NCBI RefSeq assembly: GCF_006345805.1 | Contig: NC_042999.1 | Span: forward strand, 111,290,001 to 111,354,000 | Direction: 5' to 3' | Origin: Octopus sinensis | Taxonomy: Eukaryota | DNA length: 64,000 bases | Notes under the pieces: generated by a model | The model's input: the letters and a program-made list of their open reading frames with translations, nothing else | What the model was told of the DNA's origin: nothing | The model's database searches: none | Shown here: in pieces, positions 1 through 12,920 of the stretch | Position numbering within the stretch: the first letter of the stretch is position 1 | Layout: every line of letters starts with the position of its first letter | Translations under genes and position numbers: made by a program

Positions 1-499
1 TAACACTGAGCCAAAATGAATTATCTCCCTCCAAAATAATATCAATGAACTCAGGAAAAACATAGGACAGTTGGACACTTTATCATCAGATGCAAATTTA
101 CGAATGAATTTACCATCTACGACTACAGAATAGGTTCTTTAAATTCTACAGGAATTGCCAGCGAGAAATACACACACACAGATCGATAGCTCCTCCCAAG
201 CTCGATCTATTAGCGGTAAGTGAAATTTTTTTTTTCTGTTAAAAGTTACATGAATGCAAAATGATAAACCGCAAGTTTGCTCAGAATCTCACGAGCTATA
301 CAGCGCAGTACGAAAGGTAATACTAGCAAGATAGCAAGTGCTCCTCCCCAGAAGGACCTGCTGTGATATGCGGTATATAAATAAATAAAACAATCGCAAT
401 GTAGTATAGTTAAACGAACTACGAAGTGAGAAGTGTATAAATGCATCCACCAAAATGTATAACATCACCAGTAAAATCCTATTGTCGACTATTATGAAA

Positions 500-2230
500 C
501 TGCCGCATGGAGAATCACACGAGTGATACGTCTGATAGACTACTAGTGCAGAGTTCAAGTTTTTCAGAAAAATTCTCACGACTGTTTTGAAAAGTATCGA
601 CGCCAAGCTAGATTAGTTGACTGCTGTGCGGACTTATCTTGTCCCTAAGAGCAAGAGACCCATGTCACCAAAACTACAGGCTCACAGCATGCTTGAATGG
701 TGTGTGCAAACTGTATACAGGTTGTTTGAATATGTTTCCTCGAGACCACTGCCAAACAGATAGTGCGTTAACTGATGAACAGGCAGCAGGACAAAAAGCA
801 GTCTAGGAAAGACTGGCCACAACATGGGCCACACAGTTACCACAGAGGTCTTCTAAAGCAACTTCTATAATTTCAAGCAGAAATGGATTATCAATGGCCA
901 TATTTCAGGGTGATAGCTTATCTTTACATCTTGTACGAGTAGTGAACACCTAGCGAACACCTTTTAATAACTTTCAAGGTATCATTTTGGGATATGCAGA
1001 AAAGAATATAATTAATAATTTTTTGATGATCTAAGTAATATCCTGGTAACATAAACAGCAACAAAATATGGAAGCCGGAGCTGTTTCCATTTAATAAAAC
1101 CATATTTCACAATGCTTTTCCAGTGTCAGTGCTAACACCAACATTTGTGATATTGGACTGGACATTTGAGACCCGTAGCCTGGATATTATAACTACAATG
1201 AAACTAACCGCCACTGGCAACTACCACATCGACAGCAACATCGATAGGATCCATGCGAGGTAAATAGATAGTTTCAGACGCATAAGGTCAGTCCTACTTG
1301 CCTTTGAATGCTGAATTATGTCACTCAAGTAACACCTGCTGAACAGTAAGGACAGAAACGACTATATTACATGTATACTCAAATGTGAGAGCAACTACAT
1401 CTTCAGAGCAAGGGAAGAACACTTCAGTAATCACTGTGAAAATATTACTATTTCATGTGATCCAAAGGAGGCTGGAATGGCCTATCTAAACAGAATCTTG
1501 GAGGGGAGGCACTAGCAAAAAGCAACGCATGTGTATTTATGCCGTATGCTAGTAGATAGCAGCAACGACAGGAAAGGTATACTCCCCTGGACCTGTGATA
1601 GATACATTAAATATCACCAAGAAGAATATGACTTCGCTATCCAGAAACAAGCGATTACAACTAAATGCTTGAGAAACAAGAGAGACAAAAATACCACCAA
1701 AATTTCAAGATGTCATTTAAAAAATTGCCAGCTATGCTATAACTGTGAACAATATCATCCACATCTTCTGCGGCTGCCCCACAATGTTTACGAGATAACC
1801 CTATATGATATAGCTGCAAAAACTAGTTAAAATGTTATCGAGTGGCAGGATTATCTTGACGGACACATCGAAGGCAAGCCAAAACAATAATACCTACACA
1901 CCTTTAAAACAAGGAGTACTGGTTGAGTACTCCAATAAAATAGCATCTGGTGTAAACACAACAGACCTAAAATTTATTCTGTGGGATAAGAACTATTGTA
2001 GATATCAAGAACTATTGTAGATATCACCTGCCCAGCGGGTATGAATGTACCTACAAAATTCTAAGAAAAAAAGAGCATTTATGACAAACCAGTGTAGATC
2101 TTACAGCTCTTGCATTATGACTATAAATTTTCATTTGTACCAATCATAGTATTGTGTAATAAATCTACAGATTTGCTACACAAAATCCTAGAAACATTAG
2201 GTTTTACGAAAGAAGGGCAACAGGACCCGA
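500..2230 (+). mobile_element. Decayed non-LTR retrotransposon with restriction-like endonuclease (R4/Dong-like); may extend to or beyond the left window edge
   Basis: Frameshifted translations give RT motifs LTAVRTYLVPK (~620-650), NYRLTACLNGVCKLYTG..DEQAAGQK, IFQGDSLS (~900-920) and FFDDL (~1019-1033). Further 3' are FAIQKQAITTK, a CQLC...IIHIFCGCP zinc knuckle (~1726-1780) and RLE motifs KHNRP..WDK..IVDITCPA..LQLLHYDYKFSFVPIIV (~1954-2155). Many stops and frameshifts. Confidence 0.85.
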
Positions 2231-2239
2231 TGTGCATTG

Positions 2240-2279
<40 letters not shown>

Positions 2280-2299
2280 ATATATATATATATATATAC

Positions 2300-2660
2300 A
2301 CCTAGCCATGAGCTGTCAACACACTCCTGCCTCCTATTCAAAACAGAGTCTTCTAGTCTTAGATTTAGTAGTTGATAAAGAGAAAAATGAATTAGGAATG
2401 AATTACAATCCTTTAGAAGCTATGACCCCCAATGGGCTTCATGCGATTCTTCGAAGTGTAATCTATTCTTAGCTATAAAAGTGACAACATGAAATTCTTC
2501 CATCTTCTTGCATTGTTAAAGTATTTGAGAAAAATTATATGAATGTGTCCGATTGGTTAAAATTCTTTTTATCTATTTGCGCAGCTGAAGATTGCATTGC
2601 TCAACTAAATAGAGCCGCTTGAGACAGTCGTACTGCATCACTACTTGATATCCTGTTGCT
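2300..2660 (+). mobile_element. Penelope-like element 3' fragment between (TA)n tracts
   Basis: Ends in AMTPNGL(H), resembling the T..P.GLN C-terminus of GIY-YIG ORFs, and is followed by a degenerate hammerhead motif at 2581-2636. Confidence 0.5.
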
Positions 2661-2677
2661 TGTTTTAAATATGTATA

Positions 2678-2743
<66 letters not shown>

Positions 2744-2757
2744 TATATATATATGTA

Positions 2758-2810
<53 letters not shown>

Positions 2811-2951
2811 GCATACACACACATACATATGCACATATATATATATGTATATATATATATAAAATTAATTAAGGGTAGAAATTGATATTTATCAATTAAG
2901 ACCAGTGGTCTAGCATATTAAAAAAGAATCCGAAGATTAAAATATTTATAT

Positions 2952-3134
2952 ACCAATTAAGGACTGAACACGAAAAGTGGACAGTCAACATGCTAGATAT
3001 AGACGTCAAATCGCCATTCACCACAAAAGATTATGTTGGGTTTGATCTGAGAACATAATCTTTTGTGGTGAATGGCGATTTGACGTCTATATCTAGCATG
3101 TTGACTGTCCATTTTCGTGTTCAGTCCTTAATTG

Positions 3135-3136
<2 letters not shown>
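2952..3136. repeat. Near-perfect fold-back inverted repeat (86/85-bp arms, 14-nt loop)
   Basis: 2952-3037 is the reverse complement of 3052-3136 apart from one single-base indel. The loop is gggtttgatctgag and (TA)n follows directly. Confidence 0.95.
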
Positions 3137-3178
<42 letters not shown>

Positions 3179-3766
3179 GTGTATAATATACCTACTATGC
3201 GTGTTTGTATATGTACGCATATATATTTTTAGTAGGTACATGACGCATAAAAATATATATATATATATATGTTTATACAAATAAGGGTATATATCTATGT
3301 GCATACGCTTCTATACAAGTGTATTTAATTATCCTTCATATATGTACACATGTATGTATAGATATACATAAACACACACAGTCATATATATACATACACA
3401 TACACACACACGTATGAATACAGGCATACACACACACATATATATATAGTTCTGTAAATTATGTCATTCATAATTATGCATATTCTTAAGCATGCACATA
3501 CCCTTATACACTTGTGTTAGACACATACACTTGCCCTGTCAGCTTAATATTTAGAAATTTCTAGAAAGGTGGAACGGGACATTTTAATTCTCCTACTTTA
3601 TGGAGATAAAGGAAAAATTGAAAACCAATAGAAAATAAAAGCAATGATACTATTTAAAAGAATGAAATACAAGCCAAAAGTAACAAAAATATTTAAAAAA
3701 TGGAAATCACGTAACGATAATATCAACAAGAACAACTACAAAACACCAACATTAATACTATTAGTG

Positions 3767-3829
3767 ATAATAATAATAATAATAGTAATAATAATAATGA
3801 TAATAATGATGATGATGATGATGATGATG

Positions 3830-3893
<64 letters not shown>
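3767..3893. repeat. Compound (TAA)n/(TGA)n microsatellite
   Basis: Directly visible; source of the poly-I/M/Y/H ORFs. Confidence 0.95.
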
Positions 3894-3895
<2 letters not shown>

Positions 3896-4861
3896 ATAAA
3901 AATAAAGATTAATATATTTTATACATTTAAGAAATGATCTTTGGTGTCTCTTCATAATCCAAACCGAGGTATTTACAAATTTTAAAAATTTTCTAGTTTC
4001 TTTCTAAAGCCCAGATGCCAAACAAATTTTTAAATCCCGAAACCATTCTGTAATCTGACTTTGGAATCTTTAGTGTTTTCTCTTTCTCCCTTGATTTCTT
4101 TCTCTTCCTCCCCCTTCTCTCTCTCTCTCTCTCTTGAATTAATCTTCCGTAAGTCTGTCTTTCTATTTTCCTCGGTGTTCTTCTTTGCCTGTCTTTCTAT
4201 CTATCTCATATTGTTAGAATAATTCAAGTGTAAAACTTTCTCTAAGGCATATCAGGTGCTATTAGCTTTAATCTCTCAACTTTTGGTCTTAATCCTCTCA
4301 CTTCTGCTCTCTCGGCCATGCCTTCCAAATTCAGCAACTACGCTAGAAGTTTCTATTGGATAATCTCTGTGTGTTGCCGTTGTCATAAAACTCAATGATG
4401 CCACTTTTTTTTATTTTATTTACTTTAAATGCTTGGTATTAAGCATTTGTTTCTTTGTTTTATGGAGGTGGGTGATATTTCTTTGCCATTGTTGTTTTGA
4501 ATTATTTGTAAATCTTTCCATTTGCAGAGTTACATGCTACAAACTTGAAAGTTCCAAATGTTCTTTATGCAGTCACCTACTCCCACCGTCACAACTTCCC
4601 CATTCTCCTCTTCAAATAGCCATCCTTGCAGAATAACAATGATGTTACAAGAAATAGATGGATAAATAATATTGGCTTTCAGATAAATATGAGTTACTTA
4701 TGTACTGTTTCTATTGGTTAACTATAATTGATAGGATATTATGGTGCACTCATCAATCAACAATACTAGTTCACCGACAATAATTCACCAACGGCAATTT
4801 ACTGATTTATGATTCCCAAATAACCAAATTCACCTACAAGCAATTAACCAGTTTACATATT

Positions 4862-5295
4862 CAGTTACGCACTTGGGTCGATGTAATCGACTTAACCGTT
4901 TGTCTGTCCTTGTTTGTCCCTTCTGTGTTCAGCCCCTTGTGGGTAGTAAAGAAATAGGTATTTCGTCTGCCGCTACATTCTGAGTTCAAATTCCGCCGAG
5001 GTCGACTTCGCCTTTCATCGTTTCGGTGTCGATTAAATAAGTACCAGTTACGCACTGGGGTCGATATAATTGACTTAATCTCTTTGTCTGTCCTTGTTCG
5101 TCCTCTCTGTGTTTAGTCCCTTGAGGGTAGTAAAGAAATAGGTATTTCGTGTGTCATTACGTTCTGAGTTCAAATCCTACCGAGGTCGACTTTGCCTTTC
5201 GGGGTCGATAAGTTAATTACCAGTTACATTCTTGGGGTTGATCTAATCAACTGGCCCCCTATCCCCCAAATTTCGGGCCTAGAGTAGAAAAGGAT
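4862..5295 (+). repeat. Head-to-tail array of ~2.3 SINE-derived units (~180-bp period)
   Basis: cagttacgcac.. recurs at 4862, 5045 and 5221. The body tgagttcaaattccgccgaggtcgactt..aagtaccagtt is shared with 59335-60400. Confidence 0.85.
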
Positions 5296-5380
5296 ATGAC
5301 ATACTCGTTTATTCTATAGCATGTATCGAGCACTTCACTCTCATTCATTTCACATAATTCAACCATATGTATATATATAT

Positions 5381-5760
5381 CATCATCATCATTATTATTT
5401 AACGTCCGTTGTCCATGCTGGAATGGGATGGACCGTTTGACTGGGCTGGCACGCTGGAAGGCTGTGCCAGCATCCAATCTGATTTGGCATGATGGATGCC
5501 CTTCCTAACGCCAACAACTCTGAGAGTTGTATGGGTGCTTTTACGAGCTACCGGCACGAGTGCCATTTGTGTGACACTAGTATCTGCCACGACTGTGATT
5601 TTTCCCGGCCTGATGGGTCTTCTTCTCAAGCACGACATAATGCCACAGGTCTTGGTCATTGCCTCCGTGAGGCCCAATACTCGAATGGAGCTCGGTCACT
5701 TTGCCTAGATGAGACCCAACGCTCGAACGGAACTCAGCCACCATATATATATATGAGAGT
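5381..5760 (-). mobile_element. Retroposon 3' fragment (SINE or LINE tail, possibly RTE-related) with (ATG)n-type tail
   Basis: Starts on + with catcatcatcattattatttaacgtccg and contains ggatgcccttcctaacgccaac, which I recall as an abundant repeat. The family assignment is from memory only. Confidence 0.55.
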
Positions 5761-5814
5761 ATTGTAGATCGCTGGGAGCATTATGTATTGTTTGTGAAAT
5801 ATAACGTGTCTTAA

Positions 5815-6537
5815 ATGGCACAAGAATTATTATTATTAGTTGAACATGACCTACAAGCAAGAGCACCTGCAGTGAAGCCACTGATCAGCTCCAAGAATAA
5901 AAAGTGTCGTCTTACCTTTGCAACCGAACATGTGTTGTGGTCTCAAGAAAAATGGCAAACGGTGCATTTCAGTGATGAATCTAAGTTCATGTTATTTGGC
6001 TCAGATGGGAAAAGGTACGTTCGTAAAAAAGTGGGTGAAAAATTGTCGCCTAAATGCCTTAAAACTAGTGTTAAATTCGGTGGAGGAAGTGTCATGGTTT
6101 GGAGGATGATATCTGGAGATGGTGTGGGCCCTTTGGTGCGTTTACATGGAAAGGTAAATGCAGGAGTTTATAAACAACTTGTAAAAGATCATGTCTTGCC
6201 TGTGCTGAGAAATTCAACTAAACGACCACCCATATTCATGCAAGACAATGCCCCATGTCACAAGGCTAAGGTGGTCATGAACTTCCTCAATGCTGAAAAG
6301 GTTATTGTTATGGATTGGCCAGCTCAAAGCCCAGATCTCAATCCTATTGAAAATGTATGGAATATTCTAGGAGAACGTTCGAAAGCCAGAAATCCTAAAA
6401 CAACTGAGGAATTACGGAATGCTCTTCAGGAAGAATGGAATAAGATCACCCAGCAAGAAATTGAAAATTTAATTTCCTCATGCAGTCGAAGATGTCAGAG
6501 TGTGATTGAAGCTAAAGGGTTTCACACTAAATATTAA
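5815..6537 (+). CDS. Tc1-family transposase, N-terminally truncated, DD34E catalytic domain intact (240 aa ORF)
   Basis: Motifs ARAPAVKPLIS..RLTFA, FSDESKF, KFGGGSVMVW, FMQDNAPCH and WPAQSPDLNPIENVW, with 34 residues between the second D and E. No stops. The paired-like HTH N-terminus is absent. Confidence 0.93.
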   Translation: MAQELLLLVEHDLQARAPAVKPLISSKNKKCRLTFATEHVLWSQEKWQTVHFSDESKFMLFGSDGKRYVRKKVGEKLSPKCLKTSVKFGGGSVMVWRMISGDGVGPLVRLHGKVNAGVYKQLVKDHVLPVLRNSTKRPPIFMQDNAPCHKAKVVMNFLNAEKVIVMDWPAQSPDLNPIENVWNILGERSKARNPKTTEELRNALQEEWNKITQQEIENLISSCSRRCQSVIEAKGFHTKY

Positions 6538-6807
6538 ATAATTCCAGTATTCTCTGTCATTTTTGATTATTTTGTTATATTTTCAACCGTTCTGATCATT
6601 TTGGCCGCCATGGGTTTTGCAGTAAATCCCTAAATCATCCATAACCTTTGTATTCTCCTCTCAAATTACACCAAAATCTCAGACAATAACAATTAATATT
6701 GTATTTATTATCTGTGAAAATTATAGAATATAAAACTACTTTGATAAAAACTTATACTTACTTTTCAGACGAAAACAATGCCGTTCTGAACATTTTGGCC
6801 GCAACTG
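5836..6807 (+). mobile_element. 5'-truncated Tc1 element with right-hand IR/DR-type terminus
   Basis: Ends ..ttttggccgcaactg|TA (6807, TA at 6808-09). The inner direct repeat ccgttctgatcattttggccgc (6587-6608) matches the outer ccgttctgaacattttggccgc (6781-6802). No left IR seen upstream. Confidence 0.88.
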
Positions 6808-7080
<273 letters not shown>

Positions 7081-7530
7081 AAGACTTAGTGGAAGTGAAT
7101 ACCGCATGTAATATTTACTTCAACTAAGTCTTAGCATTTGCTTTCGGCGGAGAATTTGTAACTAAAACCCTGAATGTAATTGATCAGGCCACATGGGTAA
7201 TCGTCGCCTGTGAGGGTCTGATAAATTGCATCGACAAATGTTGCTGATGATTCATAGACAATTATGTGTGTATAATTTGCATATTTTGTTGATGAAGAAA
7301 CAATTGTACAACATTAATCCAGTTTTTAGTTGTATTTCAATTTCATTACGTTGAGGGTAGTGCTATTTCTATGTGGAATTATCGTTGGCGACTATACCGG
7401 TGGAGCTATTTCTAGCACTAGACTTAACATATTCAAAGTTAGCTCTCTTATATTTACGGATAAATATGTATTTGTCTCCCTGGTTTATTGTGCTAGGTCG
7501 CTTGGTGTTAAAATAAGGGTATTATTGAAT
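7081..7530 (+). mobile_element. Penelope-like pLTR-type insert flanked by (TA)n
   Basis: Non-coding and bounded by TA microsatellites. Has a terminal hairpin at 7081-7132 and contains a canonical hammerhead motif. Confidence 0.6.
7237..7315 (+). ncRNA. Type I hammerhead ribozyme motif (palindromic stem III)
   Basis: Stem I aatgttg (7237-43)/caacatt (7309-15); core CTGATGA 7244-50; stem II ttcat/atgaa; GAAA 7297-7300; stem III ACAATTGT palindrome; GUA triplet, predicted cut after 7308. Confidence 0.85.
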
Positions 7531-7566
7531 TAATATCTAATTTTTTTTCACCCTCATTATTGAATG

Positions 7567-7605
<39 letters not shown>

Positions 7606-10160
7606 AGGACATAGCCTGCTGGAATCGAAACTCGTGACTTTTGCCAAATTAGGTCTTTACGTAACATCCAAAGATTCTTCATACCAACGGACTGTCAATG
7701 TGGATCCCTGTCCACACATACGAACACACATATATATATATAATGCATGTAGTATATGGTGCGGAGATGTTTCATACGCTATATACGTAATTACACTGCA
7801 CATCTACTTGCCCAAACATACAGATACGCGCACGCACACACACATGCACGCACGCACGCAAGCACGTATATATATGTCTTTATGTATCTCTAAGTGTATT
7901 TATGTGTGCGTGTCTGTATATATATATATATACATCAACTTATATGACTGAGTGTGTGTACATGTGTGCGTGTGTTGTTGTGTGTATGTATTTAAATACA
8001 TCTCTGTATATTTATATATGTGTTTGTGTGCGTGTGTGTGTGTATACAATGAGAGAGATAGCTTCACAGTGACACTGGCGTTCCATTCAGCTCATTTAAT
8101 TTAATTCATTATAGAAAATGGACCATTTTTTAAACATTTTTATACTTCAAACCAAGCTTTAAAGCAGGTGGTGAGGATGCCAAAAATATCCCATCCGTGT
8201 GTCTGATTATTCCTAACAATAAATGGAGGAATTATGTGCAAGCTTCCCCTGGTGAAATTCCCTTGCCGTATTTTCACTGACATTTCAACAACTAAGAATA
8301 TCTTCAAAGAAATATATCAATAGAAATTTTACGATATAAAAACTCATGAAATTATTTAGTTAGCTTTCTTATATTTGTAATTTTCTTGATTAGATATTTT
8401 CGTGATTAGATATCTTCGTGCAAAAGAGTATCGTAATTAGGAAAGAGATGGAGTGAGAGCGTTGAAGTGTCAAGATCAAATAACATTAGCACCAGAACTT
8501 ATTGGATAATAAAGTAATGGGTTTGAAAGTTTTCGTCACTGAGCAGATATATTATTTCTAGAGATTGACAGAAGAAAAGCTGTAGACTGACCGTCGTATA
8601 TTTTATGATAAAATTCCACAATTTGAATGCATTAAAAAAGAGGGTAAATTATTTGAAACCTTGCAAGACACTATCTCCGGATCCTTGAAACTAGGAAGTC
8701 TTGATATCAGATAATGTTACATCTAGTTTCTAACTTTGTAAGTTAAGAACTACATTGTCCAGGGTATGCTTTTTTATATAAGACAGTAAGTTCTGACTTG
8801 AGAGAGATTTAACTGCTACCTGTAGCCGAGGAAGAGTTACGAAAGAAAGTAAAGTACATAGATATTTGTCAGTTTCGACGATGAGAAACTACCTACGTGT
8901 TGAATTTGCGTGGAAGTGGCTGGGAATACCACAACCTTGTACACCATTAACATAATTATCAGGAATAACGAATGTGCCACACTCTGTGACAAGGTTGGGC
9001 TTGTGACTTGCAGGTGGAATACTATCAAGAAAAATAGATGTTTCTTGATGACGGTGCTTTAGTTCAAACGATAAAAACAGTGTCTTCAACATTTCTACAG
9101 CAATAAGTCAATTGCAGATTGTATCATTGTGTTTGTAAAATTTTAATTCGTTAGATCTTTTGGAAATATATTGAACCACTGACCCAAAATCTGTCTTCAG
9201 CTGCATTTGTATATGTCCGTAACAGATGAAAGAGAAACAAATGAAATCACTGTAGCCCTGCATCGACAAGAAATAATCCAGTGGGATGAAGTAATACAAA
9301 TATACGTCAAAGTAAATACCTTTAGCATAATGTAGTTCTAGATGTGTTATTTAAAAAAAATATATTAAATAGGGAAATAAGGTTGGAGAACCTGTGGTGA
9401 TAGGCTTACTTAATGAACACTGACCTGGAACTAAACAACAACAGTGGCAACGACACATCATCTTATGAGCATCGCAATAGAAATAGCTTCAGAACAAAGA
9501 TTGTTGAATATAAATTAAACCACTAGTGAGTTAACTTCATGAAGCTGTTTTCTTTCCCGGATGGAAAATATAGTTATTTCACTGCGCATAATATTCATAG
9601 GAAAGACACCGATCTCAGAATTTATTGTTTAACATTCCCTAAATATAAGATTTAGAAGCGTGATAAAAGTAATCAATATTAGCATAATTAAAATACTTGT
9701 TCTTTTACATTTGCCTTCCTGTTGTACAGCAAAACCACAAGCAATAATGTGCCTGGAATATAGAAATGGAAGATAACTGAAAAATGATAATTGAAAATTG
9801 GTAGAATTCTGTTTCAGAACAAAAGATTCTTAATATGTTGTTCGGTCATGTTTTTCTTATGTTGCATTTTTTAGCAAGTCTTTAGCTTTGTTTTTAATTT
9901 TAGCATTGTTTTCACTAGTTTTCTTTTTGTATTGTTTTGTTTTTCTGGTGTCAAAACTAAAATATGCTCAAGTTTTGGAAGAATTTTTATGTTTAAACGA
10001 GTTACATCAATAATAATCTAAACACACACAAATGTTTCTATGTCTGTGTGTATGCATTTATATATATATATATGTATGTATGTATGTATTTATGTATGTA
10101 TGTATGTATGTATGTATGTATGTATGTATGTATGTATGCATGTATGTGTTTGCACACACA

Positions 10161-10249
<89 letters not shown>

Positions 10250-10483
10250 CATATATATATATGTATATATATGGAGGCTTGGACTTATACTCATGAACAT
10301 ATACAAAGTTAAATGCTTCTGTACATACAGACACAAAAACAGGGAAAAAACACAAAATATATACATTCACCAGTAAAAACATACACAATTACATAGATAC
10401 ACACACACATATATAGGTGAAGGTATACTGGAATGCGCACATACACACATATACACACACACACAGGCGTATATATACGTATT

Positions 10484-10534
<51 letters not shown>

Positions 10535-11619
10535 AGAGAGAGAGAGAGAGAAGCAGACAGAAAGAAAGAGGAAAATACAGTGAGAAAATGCATATATACA
10601 CACATATATATATATACATATATTCCTATGTCTTTTCTTTTAACACCTTTTACTAAAATATGAAGGTTCTTCAATACATTCTTTAGTTGTGCTCAAAGCT
10701 GCAAATCTAGAATTCTTCATCTCACAGGATGTATCATTCTCCACATACAATGGATTTCATGTGAAATGTGTTGAAATTGCAGTTTTTCTTTTAAAAACAG
10801 ATAATATGATTCTCCACAAATATTGTCTAGCAGAAAAAAAATGCAACAAATTATTAGCTTTTAAGTTTTGGAAAAATATGCCAATGAGTTAGTTTTTGTT
10901 CTCAAATATTTGACTGAAGTTCTTGATAGAATCACAAAGAAGGTCTAAGGCTAAACATTAAAACTGATAAAATAATAATGGTTTCTTATGTAGCAGTTTT
11001 TAGTTCTGGAAATTAATCGAGACTGCTGATTCCAAAATCTAACTGGTACTTTACTTTATCGAAGTATCATGGGTGAAATACAAAGTTGGCCTCGGGGAGA
11101 TTTGAACTGTAAATCGTTCGTAATTGACGTATGTTGTGTCGGCTTCCAAAGGTTTAACTTTCGTTGACAACAATTGTTTTCCTATTGTGAAATCTTCTTA
11201 AAACTTTGAGTAAGGAAGAGTACCTTACTGCGTGAACAAGAGGACCACCAAAATGTACCCCACAGGACACATTTTTCTTAATTTCATGGGTTACTGTTTG
11301 TTTCATTTTTCACTGCTAGAATTATGGAATCATTAACAACTACGCTCGATTTCAGTAATGAGGTAGCGTGAGTAATGACTCATACCCTTACCAATCTTAT
11401 TAGCACACTTCCCATTTTTCTCATACAACAGCTATCCAGGATAAGAGTAAGAAAAATAATGCTAGACGCTGTTGGTTACGACAACGAATATTCCAGTTTA
11501 TCCGATAAACGGAACAGCTTGCTCGTGAAATTAACGTGCAATGACTGAACACTCCTCAAACCAGGATTTCCGATACATTCACCTTAGCACCCATTTATGG
11601 TGACTTTGAGATATTTACA

Positions 11620-11975
11620 TCTCTTTGTCGGAGGGATGGCGGTGTTGTTGTGGAAAGGATCCGGATTGTAAGGTGGCACTCCTGAAACACTAAGGAACGT
11701 AGTTCATTTAAACTAGTCACCGTGTGTGCCCAGAGGAGTACAAACCAGTCAGATTTCTTCAGTCATCTAACGTTTTTTCTGAGAATGGCATGCACTTCAG
11801 GGCTAGTGGGCGATTGGAATTCTATCTTGGATGCACATCTGGATTGTGATGACTGATTGAGGAGGGGAAGTAAAGGCCTCACAAGCTTACTCAGATTATC
11901 CTGGAGGTTGTGCTGATCTAGTTGCTGAATACCAGAACTTGAAGACATTGTAGTGGATTACATGTTAACAATAGG
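11620..11975 (+). mobile_element. L1/Tx1-type LINE ORF2 AP-endonuclease fragment
   Basis: Frame from 11701 reads SSFKLVTVCAQ..SDFFSHLTFFL..LVGDWNSILDAHLD, with a GD(F/W)N catalytic motif at 11809-11820. Stops on either side. Confidence 0.75.
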
Positions 11976-12329
11976 GGCAACCTGATATTAATATGTATGT
12001 GTGAGAGTGTGTGAGTGTGCATATGTATATGTGACAGAATAAATTGACGTATAAATAAAACGCTTTGTGAAGACGAGTTAAAATTTTATAAAGTTATTAA
12101 CTTGTTTATTTGGTCTGAAGTCTCCAGCATGTAGAGTTGTAGTCTTATCTCGGATAGATAAATATTTATAGTTTAATTTGAAAGAGAATACCCATCAGTA
12201 CATTCTCAAATAGTTGCACATTTGCACTAAGAATAAAGAAAACCCATACACCTGAGGTAAAAACCGCTACGTATTTTATTTCACAATAGTTTTCAACTTG
12301 CATCGAGCATATTTTGGACTTACTCATTG

Positions 12330-12920
12330 GCTATAATGCCTTGCTGTATTTGTTCCGATTCTTTGCACTCTGACAAAAAAAACATCTGTCTCAAGATTTA
12401 TATTGAGCTGTATTAGTCTTAATATGGTTACTATGCCCTTGGGTAACACCGGTGACGTGTAAAAATGAAACTGCCACACATGGGGAAAATGCCAGTCTAC
12501 CTCAAAAAGAGAAAAAAATCTTTGCCTCGATTTGCGCATACTGGTGTAGCTGTGTAGTGAGAATTGTGCAATGGAGGCCCGAAATAAGTTCTTGGATTGA
12601 CGGCAGTTATGTCAAGTAAACTCATTCAAGATACGCCCACCAATATAAGAAGAAAGAAATCGGAAGTAATAATATCTAAAATGGCAACTTTTCCAATCAG
12701 CTTGTATATTCAACTCCATCGACGCCGTAAAGAAAATTTTCTAATTGCTTTGCGAGAAATATTAGCCAGATTCCTTTCATTGTCTAAAAACATGTGTAGA
12801 GACATTTGATAATTTATTTATAGGTATCTGAAATACTTTTGATCATAGGTCTTCTATGCCAAGATTGCCCACAATTCATACGTCAGGGTTTCAGGTAAGT
12901 AATATAGTGAGTCAAAAAAA
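12330..12920 (+). mobile_element. Highly decayed Tc1-like transposase remnant
   Basis: Fragments IQDTPT, WQLFQSACIFNSIDAV (cf. WP..SPD.NPIENVW) and SSMPR occur in the expected order across frameshifts. Confidence 0.45.

Noticed and set aside
772-778. CTGATGA as a hammerhead core
   Set aside because: It encodes TDE within the RT remnant, and no stem I or III pairing exists.
12824-12894. Possible 71-nt exon (tag|GTATCTG...CAG|gtaagt) open in one frame
   Set aside because: The peptide is unrecognised, the region overlaps the Tc1-like remnant and no partner exons were found. RNA-seq would be needed.
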